A stretch of DNA of 11,473 nucleotides, counting the filler, from an uncultured bacterium (GTDB taxonomy: Bacteria; B130-G9), in NCBI GenBank assembly GCA_965372715.1. It is 5 parts of 5 records of this genome, joined end to end, with 100 filler letters (N's around TTAATTAATTAA, not from the genome) between each part and the next. Parts side by side here need not be neighbours in the genome. Positions count along the whole stretch, not along the records: positions 1 to 2,532 come from CBDVDH010000107.1; positions 2,633 to 5,000 come from CBDVDH010000108.1; positions 5,101 to 7,467 come from CBDVDH010000109.1; positions 7,568 to 9,775 come from CBDVDH010000110.1; 1 more part is not named here. One strand, 5' to 3'. The notes below the pieces were generated by a model, which saw only the letters and a list, made by a program, of their open reading frames with translations, did not search any database and was not told the origin of the DNA. Below are positions 1 through 7,622 of the stretch, piece by piece. Position 1 is the stretch's first letter; each line of letters opens with the position of its first letter. The position numbers and the translations under genes are program-made.

Positions 1-55
1 GGAAAGCCCGCCCCACACCTCATGGCATCGCGAGTTTATGAATAATACGGATTAA
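1..55. mobile_element. MITE-like family A, right end (partial REP arm plus terminus GTTTATGAATAATACGGA, then TTAA)
   Basis: 1-48 aligns ungapped to 7702-7749 at 40/48 identity. 1-19 is the exact reverse complement of sequence around 11439-11457. Cut by the window start. Confidence 0.75.
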
Positions 56-253
56 CCGAGTCTTGGGAGCGTATCAGAAACGAAGTCAGCGAATCGAGCT
101 GAGCGAGATGAGCAAATGATGTGTTCTAAGCGTAGATAGGGCAGACTTCGCCATAGTAGCCTGTGGCTACGTCGGCTGAAAAGGAGTTCGAGGTTTGAGG
201 GTAATCCCCGAAACCACTGTCGTCGAAGGCGCCGATGCCACGGTCGCGGCCGC

Positions 254-386
254 AGGCAATTCACCGCGCGGCGAACAGAGATTGCCTATGCAGTTGGGGC
301 CTTCCGGGGCCATTTGCTCACATCGAGTCTCCAGGGGCGACCACGGAACAGGAGAGACGAAAGAGGCAATTCGCCATGCGGCGAAT
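254..386. repeat. Two degenerate copies of a hairpin-forming 22-mer
   Basis: 254-275 AGGCAATTCACCGCGCGGCGAA vs 364-385 AGGCAATTCGCCATGCGGCGAA (19/22). The second folds ATTCGCC-ATGC-GGCGAAT; the first is enclosed by AGGCAAT(254-260)/ATTGCCT(281-287). Confidence 0.55.
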
Positions 387-397
387 CGCGGCGAGCC

Positions 398-426
398 AAA
401 GCGGCGTCAAGCCGCCGCAGTCCAAA
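398..426 (-). repeat. REP-like palindrome TTTGGACTGCGGCGGCTTGACGCCGCTTT
   Basis: Short GC stem GCGGC(401-405)/GCCGC(411-415) in intergenic DNA downstream of the TPR gene. It resembles, from memory, GGAGTGCGGCGGC-type extragenic palindromes. Single copy in this window. Confidence 0.55.
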
Positions 427-506
427 TCAGGCGCTCGTTGTGCGCAATCTGATCATTGGTCAGCACGAGGCCCGCGGCGATGACATTTGACAGGAACGTC
501 CCGGGT

Positions 507-1169
507 TCACATGCCGAGGCGCTCTCCTGCTTCATCCGAAAACTCCCCGTTGGGGTCGTTGTCGAGATACGCTCGCCATTGGTCGTTCGCCTCAGCGCGG
601 CGTCCCATGCGATCAAGGAGCAAGGCATATCCGCGATATGCTTTAGGGAATTGGGGGTTCAATATGCGCCGGAAGCACTGCTCCGCCTCATTGAAGTATC
701 CCAGTTCGGTGCAAACCATCCCCAGCTCATAAGTAACGCTAACTCTTCGGCTGCCGCCAAGCCGGCCCTTCAGCGCGTGGCGGAACTCAATCCTGGCATC
801 CTCTGGCATGTCCAAGTCCCAGTAGCACTCGCCAGCTGCGGCCACAACCTCATACAACGGCCCCAGTTTGGATTCAGCGGCCCTAAGCGCGGCCTGCGAG
901 GCGCCTTGGTTCCCCAGCTCGTCGTGTATATCGCTAATGCAGTAGCGGGCAAACGCTTCCCACTTGTCTGCTGAGGTCAGCTCCCCGGCTCGCTTGAAGG
1001 CCGATATGGCCCCATGAAGGTCGCCGTTCTGCCACAGGTCCATCGCGTAGCCGAACGCCACTCTGGCCTTGGGGCTCAGATAGTCAGCCTCGTGAAAACA
1101 GCCGACCCAAAAGCACATTAGGACCAGAGCGCCAGAAATCACGACAGCACTTCTCAAAGAACGTTCCAT
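507..1169 (-). CDS. Tetratricopeptide-repeat protein, probable exported lipoprotein (220 aa)
   Basis: TPR-like helices (AYCISDIHDELGN-type, GECYWDLDMPEDARIEFRHAL, YELGMVCTELGYFNEAEQCFRRIL, YRGYALLLDRMGRRAEANDQWRAYLDNDPNG). Start re-called at ATG 1169 (MERSLRS) because GGAG lies just upstream and the radical SAM stop is 4 nt away. Basic N-terminus, hydrophobic stretch and lipobox-like WVG-C. Confidence 0.8.
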   Translation of the reverse strand: MERSLRSAVVISGALVLMCFWVGCFHEADYLSPKARVAFGYAMDLWQNGDLHGAISAFKRAGELTSADKWEAFARYCISDIHDELGNQGASQAALRAAESKLGPLYEVVAAAGECYWDLDMPEDARIEFRHALKGRLGGSRRVSVTYELGMVCTELGYFNEAEQCFRRILNPQFPKAYRGYALLLDRMGRRAEANDQWRAYLDNDPNGEFSDEAGERLGM

Positions 1170-1173
1170 CAAA

Positions 1174-2124
1174 TCACTCCCAATCTTTGCACGTTTTGCA
1201 CAAGGGGATTTCGTCGAGGGCGCCACGAAGGTGAGCCTCTCTAAGCTCTGCGAGTTTCGACCCTTGCCAGATATCCCTCAAGCTATTCTCATTTATGTTA
1301 CCCACCGAAAGCTGGAAATCATAATCAAGACAACAGGGGGTTACGTCTCGGTTCAGCCCAATGGTCAACGAATGCCACAGGCGCCGACATGCGAGCCGCC
1401 TCTTGGTGGAAGGTGCGCTCGATTGTCCGCTCGCGGCACGGGGCCCCACACCTGATTGCGTCCAGGCCACTGTGCAATTCACCCCGATACTGTCCCCGTC
1501 CGAGAGCATACGCCCCCATTTCTTATGGAGCAGCGCGACAACAGATTCTTCATCTTGCAGCGCGACGCCGCGGAGCAGCAGAGTAGGCGTTGTCTCATTG
1601 TGGATGCGCCGTTGCTCGATGAGATCATTGATGTTGCTGTCCAACTGGTCGAAATCGCCCTTTACCCGGATCTTCTCGTAGTCCTCCTTGCAGCCAGTCT
1701 CAACGCTGATCACGATCCCGTCAGCTAAGCGCCGCTTTATTATCTCCCGCGACACCTCCTTGCGGAGGAGAGTCCCATTTGTAATAAGGATAATGCGATT
1801 AGAAATCACTGATCTTGCATAGCCCAGGATGTCCAAGAAATCCGGGTGGAGCAGCGACTCGCCGAATCCTTGAGGCAGAAAGAGCGACCGCGGAAAGTTC
1901 TTTACGTGATCGATCGCGCGCCTCGCCTCGGCCACGCCCATAAACCCCTTGGGGCGCGTCATCCTCGTCCGAAAGCACATCACGCAGCTCAAGTTGCACG
2001 CATTGGTCAGTTCCAGTGCAATCTCGACGGGGCGCCGGAGCAAGCGGCTTAACCGGAACAGCCTTAGCCCCGGGTCTATGGCGGCTCGCAGCAGAATGCG
2101 CCTGTAGAAGAATGGCAGGTTCAT
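1174..2124 (-). CDS. Radical SAM protein with C-terminal SPASM/twitch Fe-S domain (316 aa)
   Basis: CxxxCxxC motif ELTNACNLSCVMC, GFGESLLHP (GGEP-like), ITNGTLL, and C-terminal CRRLW...VTPCCLD...VGNINENSLRDIW...LCKTC. Confidence 0.93.
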   Translation of the reverse strand: MNLPFFYRRILLRAAIDPGLRLFRLSRLLRRPVEIALELTNACNLSCVMCFRTRMTRPKGFMGVAEARRAIDHVKNFPRSLFLPQGFGESLLHPDFLDILGYARSVISNRIILITNGTLLRKEVSREIIKRRLADGIVISVETGCKEDYEKIRVKGDFDQLDSNINDLIEQRRIHNETTPTLLLRGVALQDEESVVALLHKKWGRMLSDGDSIGVNCTVAWTQSGVGPRAASGQSSAPSTKRRLACRRLWHSLTIGLNRDVTPCCLDYDFQLSVGNINENSLRDIWQGSKLAELREAHLRGALDEIPLCKTCKDWE

Positions 2125-2166
2125 ATAGCGCTCGAGTGTGATTGGAAGTCTTATATCGTCGATAGC

Positions 2167-2194
2167 ATAATACAGGCAGTGTCTCCCGGTTCAA
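2167..2194 (-). promoter_or_regulatory. Candidate sigma70 promoter for the radical SAM-TPR operon
   Basis: Minus strand TTGAAC-16 nt-TATTAT, with the -10 about 40 nt upstream of the ATG at 2124. Confidence 0.4.
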
Positions 2195-2276
2195 GATCAC
2201 GCAGGCGGCGGTTCGGTCGAAAGATTGTGGGCACATTACCGGAATGCCTTTGGGGCGATACGTCCGTAAACGCTCT

Positions 2277-2293
2277 GTAGGGACGGGTCTGAG
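2277..2293 (+). repeat. Left half of a GTAG-type REP hairpin (GTAGGGACGGGTCTGAG), interrupted at its loop
   Basis: GTAG tetranucleotide, GC arm and CTGAG loop. The expected complementary arm (ACCCGTCC) is replaced by the family B terminus at 2294. Confidence 0.6.
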
Positions 2294-2416
2294 GAGGCTG
2301 GGACATAAGTCGTTGCGGATGTGTAGTGGCGTGGTCTCAGACCCGCCCTCTCGAATTGATGGTCGCATAAGATGCCTCGTATCCGGAGGGATTCATGTAG
2401 GCGGGCGGGTCTGAGA
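2294..2416. mobile_element. MITE-like family B copy: terminus GAGGCTGGGACATAAGTC, REP, spacer, truncated inverted REP
   Basis: 2294-2348 matches the reverse complement of 7568-7622 at 52/55. 2321-2385 matches 9711-9775 at 63/65. 2403-2416 GGGCGGGTCTGAGA is inverted to 2335-2348. Confidence 0.8.
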
Positions 2417-2505
2417 GCTAACAATTATACGCATATTCGTGGAGTTCGTTTTCTCTGAATCACTACGTTTCAACGCTGTGATATGAATGGCTCTTATTAT
2501 TCTAG

Positions 2506-2525
2506 CACCCGAATTCATTCGGGTG
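2506..2525. repeat. Perfect 9-bp inverted repeat CACCCGAAT-TC-ATTCGGGTG (REP-like) at the contig end
   Basis: Directly visible; preceded by CTAG and 7 nt from the contig break. Confidence 0.6.
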
Positions 2526-2532
2526 ACCTGAG

Positions 2533-2632
2533 NNNNNNNNNNNNNNNNNNNNNNNNNNNNNNNNNNNNNNNNNNNNTTAATTAATTAANNNNNNNNNNNN
2601 NNNNNNNNNNNNNNNNNNNNNNNNNNNNNNNN
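2533..2632. other. Artificial contig spacer
   Basis: N44-TTAATTAATTAA-N44, with stops in all six frames; identical in four places. Confidence 0.99.
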
Positions 2633-4511
2633 CAGGGTTCTCGTATGTCAGCGCGACCGTCATCGTGTCGCCCGCGTGATAGAGCTCTGCGTCCGTCGTG
2701 ATAGCTATCGAGGGCCTCGCCGGCTGGAGGCCCGACTCCTGGCATACCAGGCCGGTCGGCGTTGCGAACCAGACGTCAGCGTTGGGCGCTATCGAGATGT
2801 CGCGTATCTTGTTGACGGGCAGCCCGCTGTCGATGTCCCACATGGTCCACTCGTTCCGGTCGAAATAACCAAGCCCGTCGTCTGTGCCGACCCAGATATG
2901 GTTCGCCCCGTCGCACTCGATGCAGTTGATCCGATTTGACGGCAGGCCGTCATCGACCGTGTACCAAGCGAGTTCATTCTCGCCGTCGAACTGTAGGACA
3001 CCCATCTGACTGACATCAAAACCTATCCAGAGCAGGCCGTCGCTGTCGCAGGCGATTGTGCTTACGTTAGGATACTCAGGCCGCCAATCAACGAGTGCGT
3101 CGTTTTGCAGCACAGCAAGGCCCTGATCGGTGCCGACCCACACCTTTCCCTCCAAATCGGAAGCGATGCACCGAGGGTCGATAGGCGGTGATGCGCCCTG
3201 AACGCTCCACGACTGCCAGGTGTAATCCCCCTCGTATTTGGCCACGCCAGTGCCGCAACATATCCACATATTGTCGTTCATATCCCGGCAAATGTCCTTG
3301 CAAGAGCCAAGTCCTATGCCACCGGTACCTGCTCTGCGATAGTCGATCATCGTGCCTCGCCACACCTTTAGATTCGAGCTGCAGGCCAGCCAGATTGACT
3401 CGCCGGGGCCGAACTCGATGTCGCGAACCTCGTCGCCAAATGTGAGCTCGGGTTGATATATCACCTGCCATTGGGAGCCGTCGTAGTAGCCGAGCTGACC
3501 GCTGCCCGTCCCGTAGAAGAGCTGGCCCCGATCGTTTACCGCCACCGATGATATATCATTGTTAATGACCGAGCTCTCAGCGCCCGTGTAGCAGCTCCAT
3601 AGGCCATTCTTGTATCGAGCGAGCCCTGCGGTGGTCGTGAAATAGACGGAGCCATCCGCTCCTGAGGCTATCCCACCGATTCCGTTGGAGGGCAGGCCGC
3701 TGTTGACCGTGTTAAAGACGGTCCAATTCTCACCATCGAACATCGAGACTCCCGCATCAAAGCCGTCCGCGACCCATACCCGGCCTAACGTGTCAACGTC
3801 CAGGTATTTCGGGTAATTGCCTGCAAGGCCGTCTGACATGCCATACGACCGCACAAACTCCCCATCCTGGAACACACTCACGTCGCCCATCCAGCCCGTG
3901 AGCCACACCTCCCCCGGCAGCCGGGCCGCCATATCGTCGGCCGACATATCGCGATACTCGTCAAACAGGGTCCACTCTCCGTCGCGGTATCTGGCCAGGC
4001 CTTCACGAAAGACGAACCAGCCGGTCCCGTCAGCCTCAAAGCAGATTTCGCTGGCTCCCCTCGTTGATGGGTAGTCGTATATCTCATCCCATAACCCATC
4101 CTCAAAGCGCATCAGCACCCCAAGCTGAACGTCTGTTCGGAACTTGCTGGCCCAGACGGTCCCGTCAGGCGAGACTGCCAGTTCGTGCCCGGGGCCCGTT
4201 GGGAACAAGTACATCTCCACCTCGCCCTGATAGAGGCGCCAGGGCCTCCCCGCGTAGAACCAGACGGCGTCGGATGCATCTACCGCGACGCTCCCGGAGG
4301 CGGACGTTGGCAGGTTGTAGCTCACTATATCCTCTGTGGCAGGGTCGAAACCTTTCATATCCGACCCCAGCCGATACCAGACCACCCCCTGCGAATCTAC
4401 GTCCATCTCCGCTCCACCCGCGAACGAATTCTGGTAGAGTACGAAGTCCTGGGCGAACGCAATTGACAGAACAAGCAAAGCAGTAAATAGAAAACATGCA
4501 GCAATTCTCAT
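2633..4511 (-). CDS. Secreted beta-propeller repeat protein (two-component-regulator-propeller-like repeats), 3' truncated
   Basis: Signal peptide MRIAACFLFTALLVLSIAFA-Q. Many repeats of type GLPSN-I--I--D--G-VWVGT--GL--FDG--W. A different beta-rich domain (PSIAITTDAELYHAGDTMTVALTYENP) begins at the contig end. ATG 4511 is preferred over 4520 because AAGGAG (4521-4526) abuts 4520 but is 9 nt from 4511. Confidence 0.88.
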
Positions 4512-4543
4512 CTTAAGCATCTCCTTGTTTTAGTGTGATGTTA

Positions 4544-4569
4544 GGGGGACCGGCAAGGGCCGGCCCCCC
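4544..4569 (-). terminator. GC-rich intergenic stem-loop without U-tract (terminator, pause or stability hairpin)
   Basis: Minus strand GGGGGGCCGGC-CCTT-GCCGGTCCCCC: 11-bp stem with one G-U pair that works only on the minus strand; 14 nt after the stop at 4584. Confidence 0.55.
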
Positions 4570-4583
4570 CGAGTTAGCTTTCT

Positions 4584-5000
4584 CTAGCTTCCGCAGGCTC
4601 CGGTGTTGAAATGTTGAGTCATGGTCCGCTCATCGTCGCAATCTGCGCAGCCGAAGTAATAGAGATACACGGTGTTCGGCTCCAGCTCGAGCGTCCCGCC
4701 ATACAGCATACAGACCGGATACGGCGGCCCCACCGTCTCCAGGGTCAAGAGGAACGCTGTGTACTCGTCTTCTCCCTCCTGCGCCCTGAAATACAGGTAA
4801 ACGTCGTGGCCCATCCCACAATCCCGCGAGTGGTCCACGGTGAAGTGCCACCAACAGGTCTCAACGACCTGAAGTGCATTGCCATTGCAGATGCAATGGT
4901 CTTCTCCACAGCAGTCGGACGCCCAGACATAGGCCACGATCCCAGCAGCAATGACCAAACAGATTGACAAGACTATCAGAGACTTTTGATTGATTTGTAT
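4584..5000 (-). CDS. Small cysteine-rich secreted hypothetical protein, probably 5' truncated
   Basis: The frame stays open from the TTG at 4970 to the contig end (IQINQKSLIVLSICLVIAAGIVAYVWA-S, signal-peptide-like). 10 Cys in the ~111-aa mature part. Followed by a hairpin and co-oriented with the propeller gene. Confidence 0.72.
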   Translation of the reverse strand: MQINQKSLIVLSICLVIAAGIVAYVWASDCCGEDHCICNGNALQVVETCWWHFTVDHSRDCGMGHDVYLYFRAQEGEDEYTAFLLTLETVGPPYPVCMLYGGTLELEPNTVYLYYFGCADCDDERTMTQHFNTGACGS

Positions 5001-5100
5001 NNNNNNNNNNNNNNNNNNNNNNNNNNNNNNNNNNNNNNNNNNNNTTAATTAATTAANNNNNNNNNNNNNNNNNNNNNNNNNNNNNNNNNNNNNNNNNNNN
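5001..5100. other. Artificial contig spacer
   Basis: N44-TTAATTAATTAA-N44. Confidence 0.99.
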
Positions 5101-5101
5101 A

Positions 5102-6115
5102 AAGGGGCTGCGGCTTGAGCATACCGGGCCCCCAGACCTTCCAATAACTGGCGTCGCAGCGATTGAATCCGCCGCTGAGGGCGACATCTCGTTCGTTACA
5201 GACCGCAAGCATCTGGCGGAGCTTGAGCAAACTCGGGCGAGCGCGGTTATCGTCTTTGAAGGGTGCGACGACTGCCGGCTGCCGCATATAACCTCGCCCA
5301 ATCCCTACCTGTCGTTCGTGGAAGTCGTGAACGTATTTCATCCTGAGCCGAGACCCGCCCCGGGCGTATCAGGCAGCGCAAGCGTCAGCCCCGAGGCGCA
5401 GGTCGCAAGCAGCGCAAGCGTCGGCGCCTTCAGCGTTATCGAAGCCGGCGCCTCAATCACTGCTGACTGCGTCATCTATGCGCAGGTCTATGTTGGCCGA
5501 AACGTCAAGATAGGGCCGGGTACGATCATCAAACCGCAGGTCTCGATACTGGATGACACGTCGATCGGCAAGAGGTGCATCATCCATTCGGGGACCGTCA
5601 TCGGCAGCGACGGTTATGGGTTCATAGATGACAAGGGCCGGCATGTGAAAATACCGCAAATCGGCAACGTTGAAATCGGCGACGACGTCGAGATCGGAGC
5701 GTGCGTCGCTATCGACCGGGGCACGTTCGGAAGCACTGTAATCGGCTCAGGCTGCAAAATCGACAACCTGGTGCACATCGCCCATAACGTTACGGTTGGA
5801 GAGAACACGCTGCTAGTGGCTCAGGTGGGGATAGCTGGCAGTTCCAGCATTGGAAAGCACTGCATCCTGGCGGGTCAGGTCGGTGTTGCGGGGCACATAT
5901 CAATCGGGGACAACGTAATTGCCGCGAGCAAAGCAGGCATACCTCGCGACCTCAAAGAAGGCTCCGTAGTCGGGGGCATACCGGCGGTTCCGGTCGAGGT
6001 CTGGCGGAGGCAGGTTGCGACCATGCTCAGGTTGCCGAACCTGATGAAAGAACTGAAAGAGCTGAAAAAACAGGTCGAGGTCCTTAACGAGCGTCTTAGC
6101 GAAAGCGAGTCATAA
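5102..6115 (+). CDS. lpxD: UDP-3-O-(3-hydroxyacyl)glucosamine N-acyltransferase, 5' truncated
   Basis: Hexapeptide repeats with IGSDGYGF, KIPQIGNVEIGDDVEIGA, IDRG, KIDNLVHIAHN. The frame is open upstream of 5318 to the contig start and encodes the LpxD N-domain (ITGVAAIESAAEGDISFV...ASAVIV...NPYLSF). Confidence 0.96.
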   Translation, partial: KGLRLEHTGPPDLPITGVAAIESAAEGDISFVTDRKHLAELEQTRASAVIVFEGCDDCRLPHITSPNPYLSFVEVVNVFHPEPRPAPGVSGSASVSPEAQVASSASVGAFSVIEAGASITADCVIYAQVYVGRNVKIGPGTIIKPQVSILDDTSIGKRCIIHSGTVIGSDGYGFIDDKGRHVKIPQIGNVEIGDDVEIGACVAIDRGTFGSTVIGSGCKIDNLVHIAHNVTVGENTLLVAQVGIAGSSSIGKHCILAGQVGVAGHISIGDNVIAASKAGIPRDLKEGSVVGGIPAVPVEVWRRQVATMLRLPNLMKELKELKKQVEVLNERLSESES

Positions 6116-6138
6116 CAAGCTATTCTGGGGTGTAGCAC

Positions 6139-6591
6139 GTGGACGAGATGATAAACGTCGAGGGGATCATGCGGTTCCTGCCGCATAGGTTCCCGTTCTT
6201 GATGGTTGACAGGATAATAGAGATGGACACGGAGAAAGGTACCATTGTGGGGCTCAAGAACGTATCGGTAAACGAGTGGTTTTTTCAGGGCCATTTCCCC
6301 GAACAGAAGGTCATGCCCGGCGTCTTGCTGATTGAGGCGCTTGCCCAGACCGGCGGGGTACTTTTGATGAACCAGCTCGAGGACCCCGAGAACAAGCTCC
6401 TGGTGTTCATGACGATCGACAAGGCCAAGTTCCGCAAGCCTGTTGTCCCGGGCGATCAGGCGCGGCTCGAGCTGACTCAAACTGGACTGCGGGCGGGTTA
6501 TTGCAGGATGCAGGGGAAAGCGATTGTCGATGGGAAGGTAGTGGCCGAGGCCGTCATGAGCACAGCAATCGTCGAGAAAGACAGGAAATGA
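6139..6591 (+). CDS. fabZ: 3-hydroxyacyl-ACP dehydratase
   Basis: LPHRFPFLMVDRI, KNVSVNEWFFQGHFP, MPGVLLIEALAQ, KFRKPVVPGD; lies between lpxD and lpxA. The start may be ATG 6148. Confidence 0.97.
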   Translation: MDEMINVEGIMRFLPHRFPFLMVDRIIEMDTEKGTIVGLKNVSVNEWFFQGHFPEQKVMPGVLLIEALAQTGGVLLMNQLEDPENKLLVFMTIDKAKFRKPVVPGDQARLELTQTGLRAGYCRMQGKAIVDGKVVAEAVMSTAIVEKDRK

Positions 6592-7367
6592 AAGCGCATG
6601 AGACCGCGATAGTCTCGCCCGGGGCGGAGATCGCCGCCGACGTCGTGATTGGCCCTCGGTGCGTCATAGACGACGGTGTCAAGATCGGTCGCGGCACGCA
6701 GATTCAGCTGGGGGCGCACATAACCGGGACGACAACGATCGGTGAGAACTGCCAGATATTCCCTTACGCGATCATCGGCGTTGTGCCTCAGGACTTGAAG
6801 TTCGGGGGTGAGGAGACTTCGGTCGTCATCGGCGACAACAACGTTATCCGAGAGTTTGTGACTGTCCATCGCGGCACAATGGATGGCGGCGGGGTGACCC
6901 GCATCGGCAGCAACAACCTCATCATGGCGTATAGCCACGTTGCCCACGACTGCCGGATCGGCAATCACGTAATCCTAGCGAACGCGGCGTCGTTTGCCGG
7001 CCACATCATTGTCGAAGACCACGCGGTCATCGGCGGCTTGGTCGGCGTGCACCAATTCACACAAATCGGCGCCTACTCAATGACGGGAGGGTGCTCCGGT
7101 GTCGATAGGGATGTTCTGCCTTACACACAGGTCGCCGGCAACAGGGCAAAGCACTTCGCGCCCAACCTCGTCGGGCTGCGGCGCGCAGGGTTCTCGTCCG
7201 AGAAGATTCGGATGCTCAAAGAGGTCTATCGACTCATATTCAAGGCCGACCTGAAACGCGAGGCCGCGCTCAAGCGCATTGAGGAGCAGTTCGGCGAGTT
7301 CGACGAGGCAATACACATTCTCGAATTCATCAGACACTCAAGGCGCGGCCTGTGTCCGGCACAATAG
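6588..7367 (+). CDS. lpxA: Acyl-ACP--UDP-N-acetylglucosamine O-acyltransferase
   Basis: PQDLKF, IREFVTVHRGT, HVAHDC, AGH, VHQF, NLVGLRRAGF. Start re-called at ATG 6588 (MKAHETAIV), overlapping the fabZ stop as ATGA. Confidence 0.97.
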   Translation: MKAHETAIVSPGAEIAADVVIGPRCVIDDGVKIGRGTQIQLGAHITGTTTIGENCQIFPYAIIGVVPQDLKFGGEETSVVIGDNNVIREFVTVHRGTMDGGGVTRIGSNNLIMAYSHVAHDCRIGNHVILANAASFAGHIIVEDHAVIGGLVGVHQFTQIGAYSMTGGCSGVDRDVLPYTQVAGNRAKHFAPNLVGLRRAGFSSEKIRMLKEVYRLIFKADLKREAALKRIEEQFGEFDEAIHILEFIRHSRRGLCPAQ

Positions 7368-7467
7368 CATCTCAGAACCATGTGTTGTCATCCTTCCATA
7401 CGCAAATCAACCCAACGACGCAATAAATGCAATTGCCGCGTGGATGGTCAAAAGGATCCCGTAGGGG

Positions 7468-7567
7468 NNNNNNNNNNNNNNNNNNNNNNNNNNNNNNNNN
7501 NNNNNNNNNNNTTAATTAATTAANNNNNNNNNNNNNNNNNNNNNNNNNNNNNNNNNNNNNNNNNNNN
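7468..7567. other. Artificial contig spacer
   Basis: N44-TTAATTAATTAA-N44. Confidence 0.99.
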
Positions 7568-7622
7568 GGGCGGGTCTGAGACCACGCCCCTACACAACCG
7601 CAACGACTTATGACCCAGCCTC
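7568..7622. mobile_element. MITE-like family B, right arm (inverted REP plus terminus ...GACTTATGACCCAGCCTC)
   Basis: Reverse complement is 52/55 identical to 2294-2348; contains the REP GTAGGGGCGTGGTCTCAGACCCGCCC on the minus strand. Confidence 0.8.

Noticed and set aside
456-974. 172-aa plus-strand ORF and other antisense or alternate-frame ORFs (e.g. 1799-2368, 4064-4486, 4611-4967, 5875-6480, 6498-6968, 10698-11231)
   Set aside because: Shadow ORFs overlapping well-supported genes in GC-rich DNA, with no recognisable motifs.
5373-5421. Direct repeat GCAGCGCAAGCGTC in lpxD
   Set aside because: Reflects the hexapeptide repeat (SASV twice) of the left-handed beta-helix.
7368-7467. Hydrophobic minus-strand frame (PYGILLTIHAAIAFIASLG) after lpxA, and absence of lpxI/lpxB
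   Set aside because: Only 100 nt before the contig break; too little to call a gene end or a meaningful operon rearrangement.
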